A model generated the notes under the pieces. That model was not told the origin of the DNA. It searched no databases and worked only from the letters and a program-made list of their open reading frames with translations. Shown here in pieces: positions 1 to 12,245 of a stretch of 64,000 nucleotides of DNA. The translations under genes were made by a program, and so were the position numbers. This DNA comes from Lingula anatina (lineage: Eukaryota; Animalia; Brachiopoda). Positions within the stretch are counted from its first letter, which is position 1. Every line of letters starts with the position of its first letter. The stretch covers positions 2,457,721 to 2,521,720 of the forward strand of contig CM120648.1 in assembly GCA_051362555.1 (NCBI GenBank), in the 5' to 3' direction.

Positions 1-467
1 CCCGCAAGCAAATACAGAATTATCAGAAAATGTTTAATGAGTAAGTACGCACACTTCGCATACTTGAACTTAACCTTGTATCTCTAGGCTTATTCAGTGG
101 CTTATTCGGTCAACGAAAGAAATGTAAACGTACGTTGCCTGTTGCATGATATCAACAGGGCAGCTTCACTTCTAAACTTTACAGAATATATTGTCTGGAC
201 AGCAAATAAAAAGAGATTCTTAGATTTAGAAAAAGGCCGTTTCAAGTCTAATAGTTTAATACTTGAGATGGGAATATTCCATCTGTAATGGCTTATGTGT
301 ATTAAGAAGATATGGCATTTAAACATTAAATATTATAGCCGAAGTGAGCAAGTAAACTTGGTAGACGCTTTCCAAAAAAGCCTGTCGAATTTGTGCTTAG
401 AGGGGGTGTGGCAGGTTTTAGAGAGATGCATTTCAGGTTGCATCAAAGACAACGTATGTCATCCTTT

Positions 468-469
<2 letters not shown>

Positions 470-545
<76 letters not shown>
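470..545. repeat. Compound (GT)n(GA)n microsatellite
   Basis: Directly visible TG run followed by AG run; it explains the VCVC/RERE/HTHT ORFs. Confidence 0.95.
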
Positions 546-550
<5 letters not shown>

Positions 551-3500
551 GTGTAGTGGGGGGCACACACACAATACCAATAACCAACTATTAATACAGT
601 AAATCTTTTGTTAATACATGTTTGCTGATACCATAAGGTTGAGTCAAGGGAGTATATTATTTTTGGTTTGCAAAGACCAATGATGAAGGCAGAGAAGAAT
701 GTCTTTGTCACATGGATGATTATTGCATGATTATGAGTCTTCAATGAGAGAATTCTTGTCTCATTATCTGCCAGATCTAGCCACATGTCAAGGTGATGAA
801 TTATATCACCCACTGTATAAATAAGTAAAGGAATGAATGGACATGCTTTCATTTTCTGTAATCTTAATCTAGATCTGTTGCCATTTTGTCTGCACAGTAC
901 CTGCCTCAGTCATATAACATGGAAGCAAGTGAAGTTGATAGAAGTAGACATGCAAGTGAAATATATATATATAGAGGCCTGTTTCTTGTTACTCTATATA
1001 AAGGCATCTTGAATAAGTCCTTAGATAATCTTGTACAAGATGTAGTAAAGTGGTGCTACTGTCTTAACTTACTCAGAGTATTTATCATCATACAGAGGGT
1101 AAATGTTTTTTCTTTTTTTTTTTTCCTTTTTTAATTTGGAAAAAAAATTGAATAGAACTGGAAATCTGTGGTACCCATTTTCTCTCTCTCCACACCTGGA
1201 GAGTCAAATTTATTACTGAATGTAGGGTAAATCTGATATTTTTCATTCAGAAAATCACACACAGACAAAGAAACAGATTAGAAGGAGAAAACAGCTGTAT
1301 AGACCTAAATGTTTTTCCAGTCCATTTATTTATATAAGTGCTATTCCTGTGTGGAGTTGAAATGAGTCACAGGCCTCACATATCAGTAGAGTTTGAATCA
1401 GAGCAGCAGTAATAAATATCTGACACCACGCTCATGAACCCATCTTATTTGCTCACTACTCAAACACATACAACTCTTGTTTATGTTGGGACATATTGCA
1501 CCAGTTGACTAAGAGTTTACATGCTTTTTCTCTGGTAAGTAGATAGAAAACATGCCACAGTGTTTCGAACCCCCATGAATCTGTGAATGTTTGAACCCTG
1601 GTGATTGAGTTACAGGGTTGTTCTACTGAAATGTATTATACCAGTTGACTTTCAACAAGAAAGATGTACAAGTTGTCAGGTAATTGTCAACCAAGAAAAA
1701 TGTACAAGACTAGTTATCAAGTATAGTAACTTTCAGCCAAGAAAAATGTAGTTATCAGGTGTTCTGTAACAGAGTGACATTTTTTCTCCCATTTCTTCCA
1801 GTGGGTTGTATACTCAGTGGGCTATACATACTAGTATATAAGGGACTGTTTAACTCAGCAACATGGAATACACACAATTGTTTCCTGTATTTGCATCCTC
1901 ATTGCATTGCTGGTAAAGTGCATGTTTTTCAAACACACTTCCTGCTTCTCACATCACATGTTTACTGTTAGAACTGCTGTTTAAAGTTGGTAAGCCAAGT
2001 AAGTAAACAGTTCAGAAGTCAGTTCAGTGGCTGTGGTAAAATACATGCTGACAGTCAGTCTTGAGTTTTTTGGATCTGCAGCTTGTTATTTGGCCTGTAT
2101 ACTGACTGTGCATAGTCTTATATATACTAGTAGTAAGGTACAAGGGCAGCAATTTCACTTACTAGTGAAGGTTTTTCTAAAAACTGGACCCTCGACCCCT
2201 TTAGTTCACCTAATTTTAGAACCTAAATCAAAATTTGATTCAGAGCAGACCTTTTATGACCCAAAGGGAAATTCATTTTAACCCCCCCCCCCAACAACTA
2301 CTACACCCTGGTAACTAAGCTAAACATGTGACAGGTCACTCTTGTCCAGTGTTATCAGGCCAGTTACTAGCCAGCATTTTCAAAGGGGGGGGGGGGGGGG
2401 TCTGAAAATGTGGACCTTTTAGGTAGTACCAGGAAACTTTTGTGTACTTCAAAAAGTTTTACTCAGAGTAGAACTTCACTCGACAAAAAGGGCAGATTGT
2501 TTGAACCCCCACCGAACAGTCCCCCCCCCCCCCCCTGCAGCTATGGACCTGTGTGGTTACTATTGCACCTGTTGGGCTCTTCTTGTCCAGTGAACGGTAT
2601 TCTTGTATACAGTGTGCAGTGCCATTAAGCATTTCTAAAATCATCCCCTACCTGTGATAATGGTTATATAATGAAAGGAAACTGTGGCTGGTGGAAATGA
2701 GAGCCATTTCTCTCTTCTTGGGTGTCTTGTGAAGTCACTTGTAGCAATGAGGTTGATGGACAGGGTCAGTTCAGACAGGGGCTGCTTTTGGCACAGGTTT
2801 CAGACAGAAATTTGAGCATAAATCACAATGAGATCACAGAAGACGCTGGAAACTCAGCATCTATATATATATATCTAGTATAAAATTTGTCTCTGGCCTG
2901 GTAGAGAGGCGAGTTTTCAGTGATGGGTTCTGAAACTCCAGTGAATGAGATGCTGTTGTACCAAGAAAAACCAAGTTTGTCCAATATTTTCGGTCTGAAA
3001 TCGCTCCTGTCTGACCAGTCTTCAAGCTTGCTGCTGAAGACACACTGGTCTAATTGCACACGAAAATGTCCATCCTTCCCCACATTTGCCATCATTATCC
3101 TCTCTTAACTAACAGGTTATAAGGGGTGTCAATGAGATGGACAGTGATTAAGTAATATTTAAGTATGATTATGTTACTTAAGCCGCAGGCTCAGACTTCA
3201 TGATGGAAGGTAGGTTTTCAACAACTGATCACTGATATAACTCCTGGAACATAGCTACTGTACATACCAGAGGGGGGGGGGGGGGGGGGGGATAGAGGTG
3301 TGGTCATCTGGTGCTTTTATTTGTCCATCTGCGAGTCCATCATTTTCTTTATGCTCTCACCTAATCACTGGTGAGAACTACTAGCATTTTCTTTTTATGT
3401 GTGTTTGTGTGTGTGTGCATGTGTGTGAGAGAGAGAGTGTGTGTGTGTGTGTATATGTTTGTGTGCATGTGTGTATTTTTAGCATTCTGTAACACAGGCC

Positions 3501-3606
3501 CACAGTATGTAAAATTAATTTAAGATTTATAGAGGAAGTTTCACGTTCAATTTAAGGTTTGATCTAAATAGTAATCGGGAAGATTAGAGTGTCATTCTAG
3601 CCTTAA

Positions 3607-3698
3607 GTGAGCAACTTCCTGGTTTGGTCAGGCGTGACAGTGAACAACTTCCTGGTCTGGTCAGGCGTGACAGTAAACAACTTCCTGGTATGGTCAGG
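3607..3698 (+). repeat. 33-bp tandem minisatellite, about 2.8 copies
   Basis: Units GTGARCAACTTCCTGGTNTGGTCAGGCGTGACA start at 3607, 3640 and 3673 (third unit begins GTAAAC). Confidence 0.9.
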
Positions 3699-4465
3699 TA
3701 TGTTATTCTTCCTGTTACCTGTTGTTTCACCAGTACAGTCAGGTGTCATAGTAGTGCTCTGTAGGCAATGTATTAAGAATGTCACCAAATAAGGTAAAAA
3801 CTGTCACGACAAACTAGGACGTGATTAAGGATTAATTACATGATTATTTCACTGCCATTGATCTTATGTGAGACTTTTTCATGAGGAAGTGTTATCAGAT
3901 ACAAAGATTATTGTGATACCTGAATATCATTGCAGCCTTAACTCTGCATATATTTATACTTACATATGAGTGAGGCAATGCCTTGGGCCTCTGCTCTGAA
4001 ATATATTAAACCACTAAAAGGGGGTGGGTGGGATTTGATTGCAACAGAATTTTGTAAATGAAACTTGATTGAGGGAATTAATGAATGAATGCATTAAATA
4101 AATTAATGAATTAATAACAGTATATAATTTAACATTAGAAAATTGAATTAATAGATGATTGAATTATTAGTCCCCTTGAAGTGGACAATATGATAATTAA
4201 TATTCAGGCCTGCTACAAGCTCCAGGAGTTGTGGCATATAGCCCTCAGGTGGCAGTGTATTGTTTGGCATACATACTAAGAGAAAGTACTTGCATTTCAC
4301 CACCTTAAAAGGTATATATATATATTTCCAGGGGCACATAACACCTCTAGGTACTATATGTATATATCAGTGGCACACTCCAGTTGTACCCCAGAGTGTA
4401 TCTTATCATGGCTCTGGTATGTGTTGTGTTGACATGAAGTCATCATCTACACTCACCAAGTAAAC

Positions 4466-7231
4466 ATAATAATAATAATAAGTTTATTGAGCACTAAATG
4501 ATGTGAATACATTTGCAGGCTCTCTAGACTACAATATTTACATAATATATATATGGGTATACAATTATATATGTTTACATATGTAGTATGTTAAAGCATA
4601 CATGTGTTAATGCAAATTATGCTATAATATTAATTAATTAAGCTATTCACAGCATTATTGACACTAAGTGGCTGTGATATACTAGATTTCAGGTGAACTA
4701 TGTATTTTAACAGCAGTCTTTACAAATTCTGCTATTACTTTGAGACTTTTATGACAGGGTGGATTAAGGAGAATTGACAATATCTGATCACTGTCATCTA
4801 GACCCACTACACTGATTTTCAGTAGTTCATCATGCATTCGTTGCCTCTCAACAGTGTATCTTGTGCATTCTGTGAGGAAATGTTTTTCATCCTCTACACA
4901 GTTGCAAGCTTTACATTTTCTCTCATCAAGTGGAGTTTTAGGGTTTGTGTATCGGCCCCTTTCTATTGCTAGGTCGTGGTCACTTAGTCTAATTTTTGCT
5001 AGTGTTTTGATATCTAAGGGTGAGACACTCATTTTGATGTAATTTTCACATTCATAAGATTTTTTAATTGTTTTGTATGTCCTTAATTTGTTTGAGGTCG
5101 AACTATTTAATTCCTGCCAAAAGAGTTTTTCGATTTTTATGTTCAATTTTTCAACTAGGTTTTCTATTTGATGTAATTTCTTTGGTGGGTTGTTATCTTC
5201 TGAGAAACCCCAACAATTGTGAAAAGATTGGATGGATTCTGTCCATGTGTTTCCCTTTGTGTCTTGCTCAAGATTGTACACCTGTTTTACAATTCTATTA
5301 TCTGGTAGTTGTTCCAGTCTAAGACTATATCTTTGGACAAGTTTAGCTATAGTTGGAAAAATAGGGTACCTGCCGAGTTCGGCTCTAGACATGGTATTGC
5401 TAGCCTGCTTTCTTAGACCTAAAATCCATTTGCAAAATTTCAAGTGTACCTGTTCGAATGGCATTTTATTAATCTTTTTCAGAGACATGTTTTTCTGTTT
5501 TAGTATCTCCTGTGACCAGACCTCACTACCATAAAGCAAAATTGGTTTGATGAGTTTGTCAAATAAGTTCATGCACAAAAGAGGTTTGGAGATGTTTTGA
5601 GAGGCAAGTGCTCCTTTAAGGGAAAACAGGGCTTTTAGGGCCTTTTTCTTTAAATTTTCAATTGCTTCCTTTAATGCGCCAGTATTGGAGAAAACTATTC
5701 CCAAATATGGGTATTGTTTTACTTCTTCTATGGGTTCATTATTTATGTAAAATTTTGTTTGATGGTCAAGTTTGCCCTTCTTCCTAAACACCATTATTTT
5801 TGTTTTCTTTGTATTAATGTGTAACTTCCACTTTTGACAGTACTGTTCTAATTTGTTCAGTAGATTTTGCAGTCCATCCTTTGTTCTTGACAGTAGGACC
5901 AGATCATCGGCATAGAGTATGTGATTGATGCCATCTACCTTGTCTGTGGCTTTGCATGTGTGGAAGGATTCTTTTATGTCGTCTATAAATATATTAAAGA
6001 GTGTTGGGCTTAGATTATCCCCTTGGCGGATTCCAATCTTAGCAAAAAAAGGTTTGGTATAACTGTTGCCTGTGGAGATTCCTAATTTAGTATTTTTGTA
6101 CATATGTTTAATCAGATTGTAAAATTTTCCTCCTATTCCAAGTTTCTGTAATTTGAGTAGTAGACCTTTGTGCCATACCGAATCAAATGCCTTTTTAAAA
6201 TCAATAAAACATGCATAGACCTTCCTATTTTGATTTGTATATCTGTTAATAATTGATTTAAGTGTGAAAATGTGATCAGTTGTTCTGTAACTTGGTCTGA
6301 ACCCACCCTGTTCTTCGCTGAGTTTGCCTTCCTTTTCAATCAAGTCAGTTAGCCTATTTGCCAGAATAGAATTAAATAACTTACCCAAACAGCTTGTAAT
6401 GCAAAGACCCCTGTAATTTGAGGGATCCAGACACTCACCAGACTTATAGAGTGGTATGACTATGCCTAAATTCCAAGCATCAGGGATCTCACCAGAGTTT
6501 AAGACCAGGTTAAAAATTTTAGTCATCGCACCAGTTAGGTATGGTCGCCCAGTCTTAAGCATTTCATTTCGTATGCTATCTGCCCCAGGTGCTTTGCCAT
6601 TTTTTAGCTTTCTGAGTGCTTTTTGGACCTCCAGAATGGTTACAGGGTCATCTAGTTTGGGATTCCCAGGGCAATCTTCATATTTTTTCAATTCATCATC
6701 AATATCATTGTCACCTGGAGGCGGGATACCACACAGTTGTTGGAAGTAATTGTGCCATACATCAGGGGCAATAAGGTTGTTCTGATCCTCTTCTTTTTTA
6801 AGTTTTTTGATAATTTGCCAAAATTCTTTGGGGTTCTTTTCTTCAATGTTCAAAAGCTTTTCAAGGAGGTTGTCTTTATGTTCTTGTTTTTTCTTTTTCA
6901 GAAGTTGTTTGTACTTTTTGCAAGCTTGATGATAAGTGTGAGAGATAAAGTGATTATTCGGGTTTTTGTGGAGTAGTCTCCCAAGGTGTTTAACATTCCG
7001 TTTTACTTCGATGCATTGATTGTCAAACCAGGGCTGTTTTTTATTCCCTTTTCTTGGATTACTATTTTTCTTTGACATTCTTTTTGTACGCAGTGATGCA
7101 CTAGCCGCGCCATCTAGGATTTTATTAAAAGACTGACATGCCTTATTTACTCCCTCTTTAGTAGTTGGGAAGGTGGTAGTTTGAAATTCACATATGGCTT
7201 CTATGTTTTTTTCACTTTCCAGACACTTCAC
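4466..7231 (-). mobile_element. 5'-truncated non-LTR retrotransposon (LINE, RTE-X/CR1-group-like), antisense in the presumed EFHD2 intron
   Basis: ORF 4682..7231 has RT motifs (EEQGGFR, FIDFKKAFDSV, GIRQGDNLSPTLFNIFIDD, ILYADDLV) and a C-terminal IERGRY..CKAC..EDEKHF..C motif. A short 3' UTR ends in AATAAA plus a (TAT)n tail at ~4466-4488. No endonuclease domain is present. Confidence 0.93.
4682..7231 (-). CDS. Reverse transcriptase ORF2 fragment of the LINE (849 aa, uninterrupted)
   Basis: YADD catalytic box and the other non-LTR RT motifs; open frame over 2.5 kb. Confidence 0.85.
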   Translation of the reverse strand: MKCLESEKNIEAICEFQTTTFPTTKEGVNKACQSFNKILDGAASASLRTKRMSKKNSNPRKGNKKQPWFDNQCIEVKRNVKHLGRLLHKNPNNHFISHTYHQACKKYKQLLKKKKQEHKDNLLEKLLNIEEKNPKEFWQIIKKLKKEEDQNNLIAPDVWHNYFQQLCGIPPPGDNDIDDELKKYEDCPGNPKLDDPVTILEVQKALRKLKNGKAPGADSIRNEMLKTGRPYLTGAMTKIFNLVLNSGEIPDAWNLGIVIPLYKSGECLDPSNYRGLCITSCLGKLFNSILANRLTDLIEKEGKLSEEQGGFRPSYRTTDHIFTLKSIINRYTNQNRKVYACFIDFKKAFDSVWHKGLLLKLQKLGIGGKFYNLIKHMYKNTKLGISTGNSYTKPFFAKIGIRQGDNLSPTLFNIFIDDIKESFHTCKATDKVDGINHILYADDLVLLSRTKDGLQNLLNKLEQYCQKWKLHINTKKTKIMVFRKKGKLDHQTKFYINNEPIEEVKQYPYLGIVFSNTGALKEAIENLKKKALKALFSLKGALASQNISKPLLCMNLFDKLIKPILLYGSEVWSQEILKQKNMSLKKINKMPFEQVHLKFCKWILGLRKQASNTMSRAELGRYPIFPTIAKLVQRYSLRLEQLPDNRIVKQVYNLEQDTKGNTWTESIQSFHNCWGFSEDNNPPKKLHQIENLVEKLNIKIEKLFWQELNSSTSNKLRTYKTIKKSYECENYIKMSVSPLDIKTLAKIRLSDHDLAIERGRYTNPKTPLDERKCKACNCVEDEKHFLTECTRYTVERQRMHDELLKISVVGLDDSDQILSILLNPPCHKSLKVIAEFVKTAVKIHSSPEI

Positions 7232-8293
7232 TATGTCTACTATGTCTACTATGTCAACACACTGCCAGTGTTATCTCACACTTGACATTACAAGTGTTTG
7301 TTTTGCGATGATTAGGGGAATTTATGAAAATTTATGGTTGGCACATTGGTTGTGTTTGGTCTGTTTATAAATGAGAAGAGAATGTTGATTGCTGATGACT
7401 ATTGCATTGTGTTTTTATCTTATGAATCATCCACGGATAAATCTGTTTTGCATTGTGTGTTCTATTTATAATGTGCATAATTGGTTACTTGCTTATCATG
7501 TCCTCATGAAATGTGTCATCTATTTCTATACATCAGTGGCATCTGTTTCCATACATTCAAGCATTTTGTTAATGTTCAAATCATACTGTTTCTACTCTGT
7601 TTACATTTAATTTGCACTTTTGCAGTGCTAAAGTCTATGCAACATTCACATCCCTCTTTTTCTGTTTAAATTCACTTAGTTCTGAAGTTCTAGAGTTTCA
7701 CTGCATCCTGTCTTTTAAAGGAGCTTGAGTAAGACTAAGAACTTTTTTTTTTATATGGGACAATAAATTGGGTTTACTCCTGCAGGAGCTGAGGCAAACT
7801 TGGTCTTCCTGGTCTGTGTACTTTCTAGTCAAACAGCTTTCCTGAAATTTGATTACAGTTTTGGTTTTTAAATAAAAGAAAGTGAGGAAGAAAATCTTAA
7901 ACATGTTTAGAATTTAGTGTGTCATGTTTGAAACTGATCCAAGATGAGCTCCCAACTTGTAATTGAGAACATACCACAGAAAAAATGAGTCCTTGGGCCA
8001 AGTCAATGACCCACAGTTTATGACAATTTAATATTTTCACAATTATTTGATGTCACAGTTTAATTACTGTTGATTTCATTCCACATTGAAAGGTACTGTA
8101 CTGTAGTATCAAACAATATCAATAGGACACGTAGTCAGAATTAGGTAAAATAATACACAAAATGTGAGCATCACTGAATAACTCAGAAGGTCAATATTTC
8201 TTGTGCACTCACTGACCCTTTGTGTATCGGGATCTGACCTGTTGAGGAGAGTGATGAGTGCATGTACTTTTGGAAGTAGTGAATGCGCTAACC

Positions 8294-8478
8294 TGTGTGT
8301 GTGCATGTGTGTGTGAATGTGTGTGTGAATGTGTGAGTGTACATGTGTGTGTGTGTGTGTGTACATGTGTGTGTACATGTGTGTGTGTGAATGTGTGAGT
8401 GTACATGTGTGTGTGTGTGTGTGTACATGTGTGTGTGTGTACATGTGTGTGTACATGTGTGTGTGTGAATGTGTGAGT

Positions 8479-8513
<35 letters not shown>

Positions 8514-8690
8514 TATGTGTGTGTGCGTGTGTGTGTGAATGTGTGAGTTTACATGTGTGTGTGTGCATATGTGTGTGTGCGTGTGTGTGTGAATGTGTAA
8601 GTGTACATGTGTGTGTACATGTGTGTGTGAATGTGTGAGAGTACATGTGTGTGTGTGTGTGTGTGCCTGCATGTGTGTGTGTCTATGTGT
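8294..8690. repeat. Complex (GT)n-based minisatellite with recurring GTACATGT and GTGAATGT interruptions
   Basis: Directly visible; it generates the spurious His/Thr- and Cys/Val-rich ORFs. Confidence 0.9.
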
Positions 8691-8791
8691 GATAGAGCTT
8701 TTAACCCAACCCAGCTGGTGGTACACACCCTGGAGGTAGTACTGCCTCTCTGAACCTGTATTAATTTCTATATGTATATTTATTCCTCCAG

Positions 8792-8939
8792 ATATGATGT
8801 TGGGAAGGATAAGTTCATTGACTTTGAGGAGTTGAAGCGTATGATGGAGAAGCTGGGAGCACCTCAAACACATCTGGCTTTGAAAGAAATGATCCACGAT
8901 GTTGACGAAGATAAAGATAATATGATTAACTTTAGAGAA
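8792..8939 (+). CDS. EFHD2: EF-hand domain-containing protein D2 (swiprosin-1) homolog, internal exon with both EF-hands; earlier exon(s) not identified, probably upstream of the window
   Basis: Acceptor ttcctccag and donor gtatgg; encodes YDVGKDKFIDFEELKRMMEKLGAPQTHLALKEMIHDVDEDKDNMINFRE, the EFHD1/2 signature. Confidence 0.93.
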
Positions 8940-9009
8940 GTATGGGCAGTTTTTTTTGTCTTTTTTATTATTTTCTTTGTTTGCTTGTGTTTTTATTGAA
9001 TAATATGTA

Positions 9010-9012
<3 letters not shown>

Positions 9013-9078
<66 letters not shown>
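9013..9078. repeat. (AT)n microsatellite
   Basis: Directly visible. Confidence 0.95.
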
Positions 9079-9081
<3 letters not shown>

Positions 9082-9333
9082 TATTAATTAATCTATTTAT
9101 CACTTTAGTATTTGAAATTTAAAATTGTTGATGCATATGTGAAACATTTTGAAATATTTACCCCCTCTGATATTTATTTTAATTTTTATAAACAAGATGA
9201 AGAATTTCAAAGCAAAATGTTTACAAAATAAAAATTTTCTTCATCCCAGGATGAGAGATTTCTTTTAGCTTTCTTGCCCTCGCCATTCAGACTTCACCTC
9301 CTTAGTTTAACCTGATATTTCTCTCCCTTTCAG

Positions 9334-9471
9334 TTCCTTCTTATTTTCCGCAAGGCGGCTGCAGGAGAATTGGCAGCCGAGAGCGGATTGTACGAAATAT
9401 ACACGCACCTCAGTGAAATTGACGTGGATAAGGAGGGCGTCAAGGGAGCCAAGAACTTCTTTGAAGCCAAG
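9334..9471 (+). CDS. EFHD2: EFHD2 homolog, penultimate exon
   Basis: cag|...|gtac, 138 nt, phase 0/0; FLLIFRKAAAGELAAESGLYEIYTHLSEIDVDKEGVKGAKNFFEAK is the conserved EFHD motif. Not in the ORF track. Confidence 0.93.
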
Positions 9472-9655
9472 GTACAATTAGAAAAACACAATAATAATAT
9501 TGTTTAGAGTCTAAATGCCAGTTTTGTTCAGTCAACTTTACAATACACAGTAGGAGTAGAGTGTTTCTTTATGTACGCTAGCTTCAGGTTTGGTACTTTG
9601 AAATTTGGTACTTCGAAAATTAACATCCTGGTTGTTTTTTTGTTTTTTTTTTCAG

Positions 9656-9811
9656 ATAGACCAGCAAACACAGGAAAAGAAGTTTGAGGAGGAAATCCGA
9701 CAAGAGCAAGAGGAGAAGAGAATTCAGCAGGAAGAGAAAAAGGAAAGACAGCAAGCCTTTAAAGCAAAGACAACGTTTTTTAAACAAGAAATTGAAAACC
9801 AAACCAATTGA
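9656..9811 (+). CDS. EFHD2: EFHD2 homolog, last coding exon (coiled-coil C-terminus)
   Basis: Polypyrimidine tract plus cag acceptor; IDQQTQEKKFEEEIRQEQEEKR...AFK...; stop TGA at 9809-9811. Confidence 0.9.
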   Translation: MDQQTQEKKFEEEIRQEQEEKRIQQEEKKERQQAFKAKTTFFKQEIENQTN

Positions 9812-11847
9812 GATCAAAAAGTGATTTGACTGAGAAGAGGGTGGGGGTAGAGAGTGAAAAGAAAGTGCCCAAAATGGGTGGGATGGGGGGGGGGGGACTA
9901 GAAATTCATCAGTATCTATATTTGTTATGTGTAATGCAAACATTCACTAAAAATTTCATCCATAAGATATATATATGTGTTTGTGAGTGACAGCTAGATT
10001 TTTATTTCATTTTTTGATACAAATATGTTTGTAGCACTGAGCCAATTACACGTAGGTTCATGTTAACCCTGGTTTTCTACCGGTACTGTTGTATATCAGT
10101 TTATATGTAATGTGCCTTGTTTGCAACAGTATATACTCTTTAGTATTATTCGTCTATGCAAGATCATTTTAGTCTTTCACAAATTTTGTGAGGATGACTG
10201 TTGATCATGATTTTCTTTTATTGTACATCCTCCTTGTTGAAACACAGTAGCATAATTTTCAGCCAAATACTTTTTTTTCTTTTTATTTTAAGAGGGTGTA
10301 TGAAGTTTGCTATCCAATCCTCCAATTTGTCTACAGGGGATTTTGCTGTCCGTTATATCTGTACATGTGTGAAGGTTGGAATAATTTCAACATTCAAAAT
10401 CCAAGATGCAATGAAAGAGTCGTAATATTTGTTTTGAAGCAGCACTGTGGGTGAGGAACAGTTAGATTGGGGTGTCGTGTGTGTGTGTGTGGGGGGGTGG
10501 GGGGGAGGGGGAGGGGGGATAAGGATATGGCGGAGGGTTAAGATTTAACTTGAGAACATCGGGTTAAAGGCGAAGGCTTAATGATGTATTTGAATGGGTC
10601 AATGTTTGCAAAGTTTAATACTCAGTTATTTGTGCTTAAAATGAGTTGATTCATGTGAAATATGTTACATGTTTGACAAAGTTGTGATCAGTGTTCCCCA
10701 GGGGATGTATTGATGAGCCTCTGTGTGCATTGTTGCATGTCTATGTGGGCAAGTCTGATTTTTTTTATGGAAAATTCTATACACCATGGAAGCTTCAGCT
10801 CAGTGATACAGAAAAATATGTTACAGGCATTTTGAAAGTGAAGTACTTCCCATTTTGGCTCAATTAGACACTGTGTGCAGGTATTGAAGACTATATCTGT
10901 ATCAAAATATTGGAGAAATTGTAGAAGTTTGTATAAAATAACAACCTCAGCAGCTCTCACAGTGGAGCGGTGGCATTGTGTAGGTTTTACCTCAACCTTT
11001 GTGTACGTTTATGCAACTAGTACATGATCTTATGAATTCCAAATGTTGAAAAAAAATGGGCAAAACATACCTCATTGTTCTGAACAAAATAACTGACTTT
11101 TCTTCCATAAGAATCTTTTGACTTTTATCTTTTAAATGAGAAAATAATATGAGATATTTTAATGTTTCAATGTCAAGAGGGCTGCTACTTAATGTTTGCC
11201 AAACTGTGATCCCAATGTATGACTGATGTGTCAAATAACATACGCCACCAAAGTCCCATAATGTAGAGAACGTTTTCCTGAATCTGGTTAAAATGATGCT
11301 GTAGGCAGACTACAGTGGGTTAAAAACCCCTAGTCTAAAATATGAGAGAATTTAGGGGGAAAAATTCAAATTTTCTGTGCATTTGATTTGAGTAATTTGA
11401 GATGGGAGTAAACAAAAGACAACACGCGACTTTTATGTGCCTAGTCCAGCTGGTGGTACATGCCCAGGAGACGGTATAGCCTCTCTGATCCTCTAGTTTG
11501 AGGTGAGGGTAGACCATGTAAAGGACATTCAGCTCCAGGTTTTTGTAACTTGTTAAATTTCTTCTAGATCTTGTAAGATGTTGACATAGAATATGTCAAT
11601 TTGTGATCATCTACAGTATATTTACTACCATCCAACATATAGATGTAGACTTGAAAGAAAATTCATATATGTTTAATGTTTCTGATGTTCAAGATTTAAA
11701 AGTATATTAGTGTTGCAACAACTTGTTAGGTTTATATATTATATTTCATTGTCTTCATTCGTCATTGTTATTGTTGCCATGATGGGCTCTGTTACCAAGG
11801 TGATCATTGCCATGGTTACTGTTATCACTTTGCATGTTCACCATATG

Positions 11848-11853
11848 AATAAA
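11848..11853 (+). promoter_or_regulatory. Candidate polyadenylation signal of EFHD2
   Basis: AATAAA followed about 15-25 nt later by a GT/T-rich tract. Confidence 0.5.
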
Positions 11854-12239
11854 GCTTTTGAAACACTTGTTTTTTTCTGTTATGAGTGACCCCCCCCCCC
11901 TCCAAGGTTTGCTAATGTACTGTGAATTTTTTTTAAATGATAAGGATGTGTCGTCCTTGGCATGAAGCTGACAACACTGAGATCATAATTTGATTTCAAT
12001 TTTTTGTGGTATCAGTACATGAAAGTTCATTGTGTTAGGTGTGCAACTCCAACACAATCCTTCCTCATTAGCATCCATTGTGGCTCCTTGGCTTAGAATG
12101 CAGCAGGCCCTATATCTCCTGTATGTGTTCTCACTACGTACTAAAGCTTAATTAACATGTTCCCCATTATTCGCACATATTTTCTATGCACTTGAAACTT
12201 TGCACTCATCACATAACAAGAAAGCATTTTTAATCTGAA

Positions 12240-12245
12240 TTTATT
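12240..12245 (-). promoter_or_regulatory. Candidate polyadenylation signal of the opine dehydrogenase gene
   Basis: TTTATT on + (AATAAA on -) about 2.3 kb downstream of the stop codon; other sites are possible. Confidence 0.35.

Noticed and set aside
3607-3698. 33-bp repeats resembling a CRISPR array
   Set aside because: The units are head-to-tail with no unique spacers, there are no cas genes, and the context is eukaryotic.
8109-8897. 262-aa His/Thr-rich ORF and similar HTHT/VCVC ORFs at 433, 15441-16080 and 27728
   Set aside because: They are translations of (CA)/(GT) microsatellites, not proteins.
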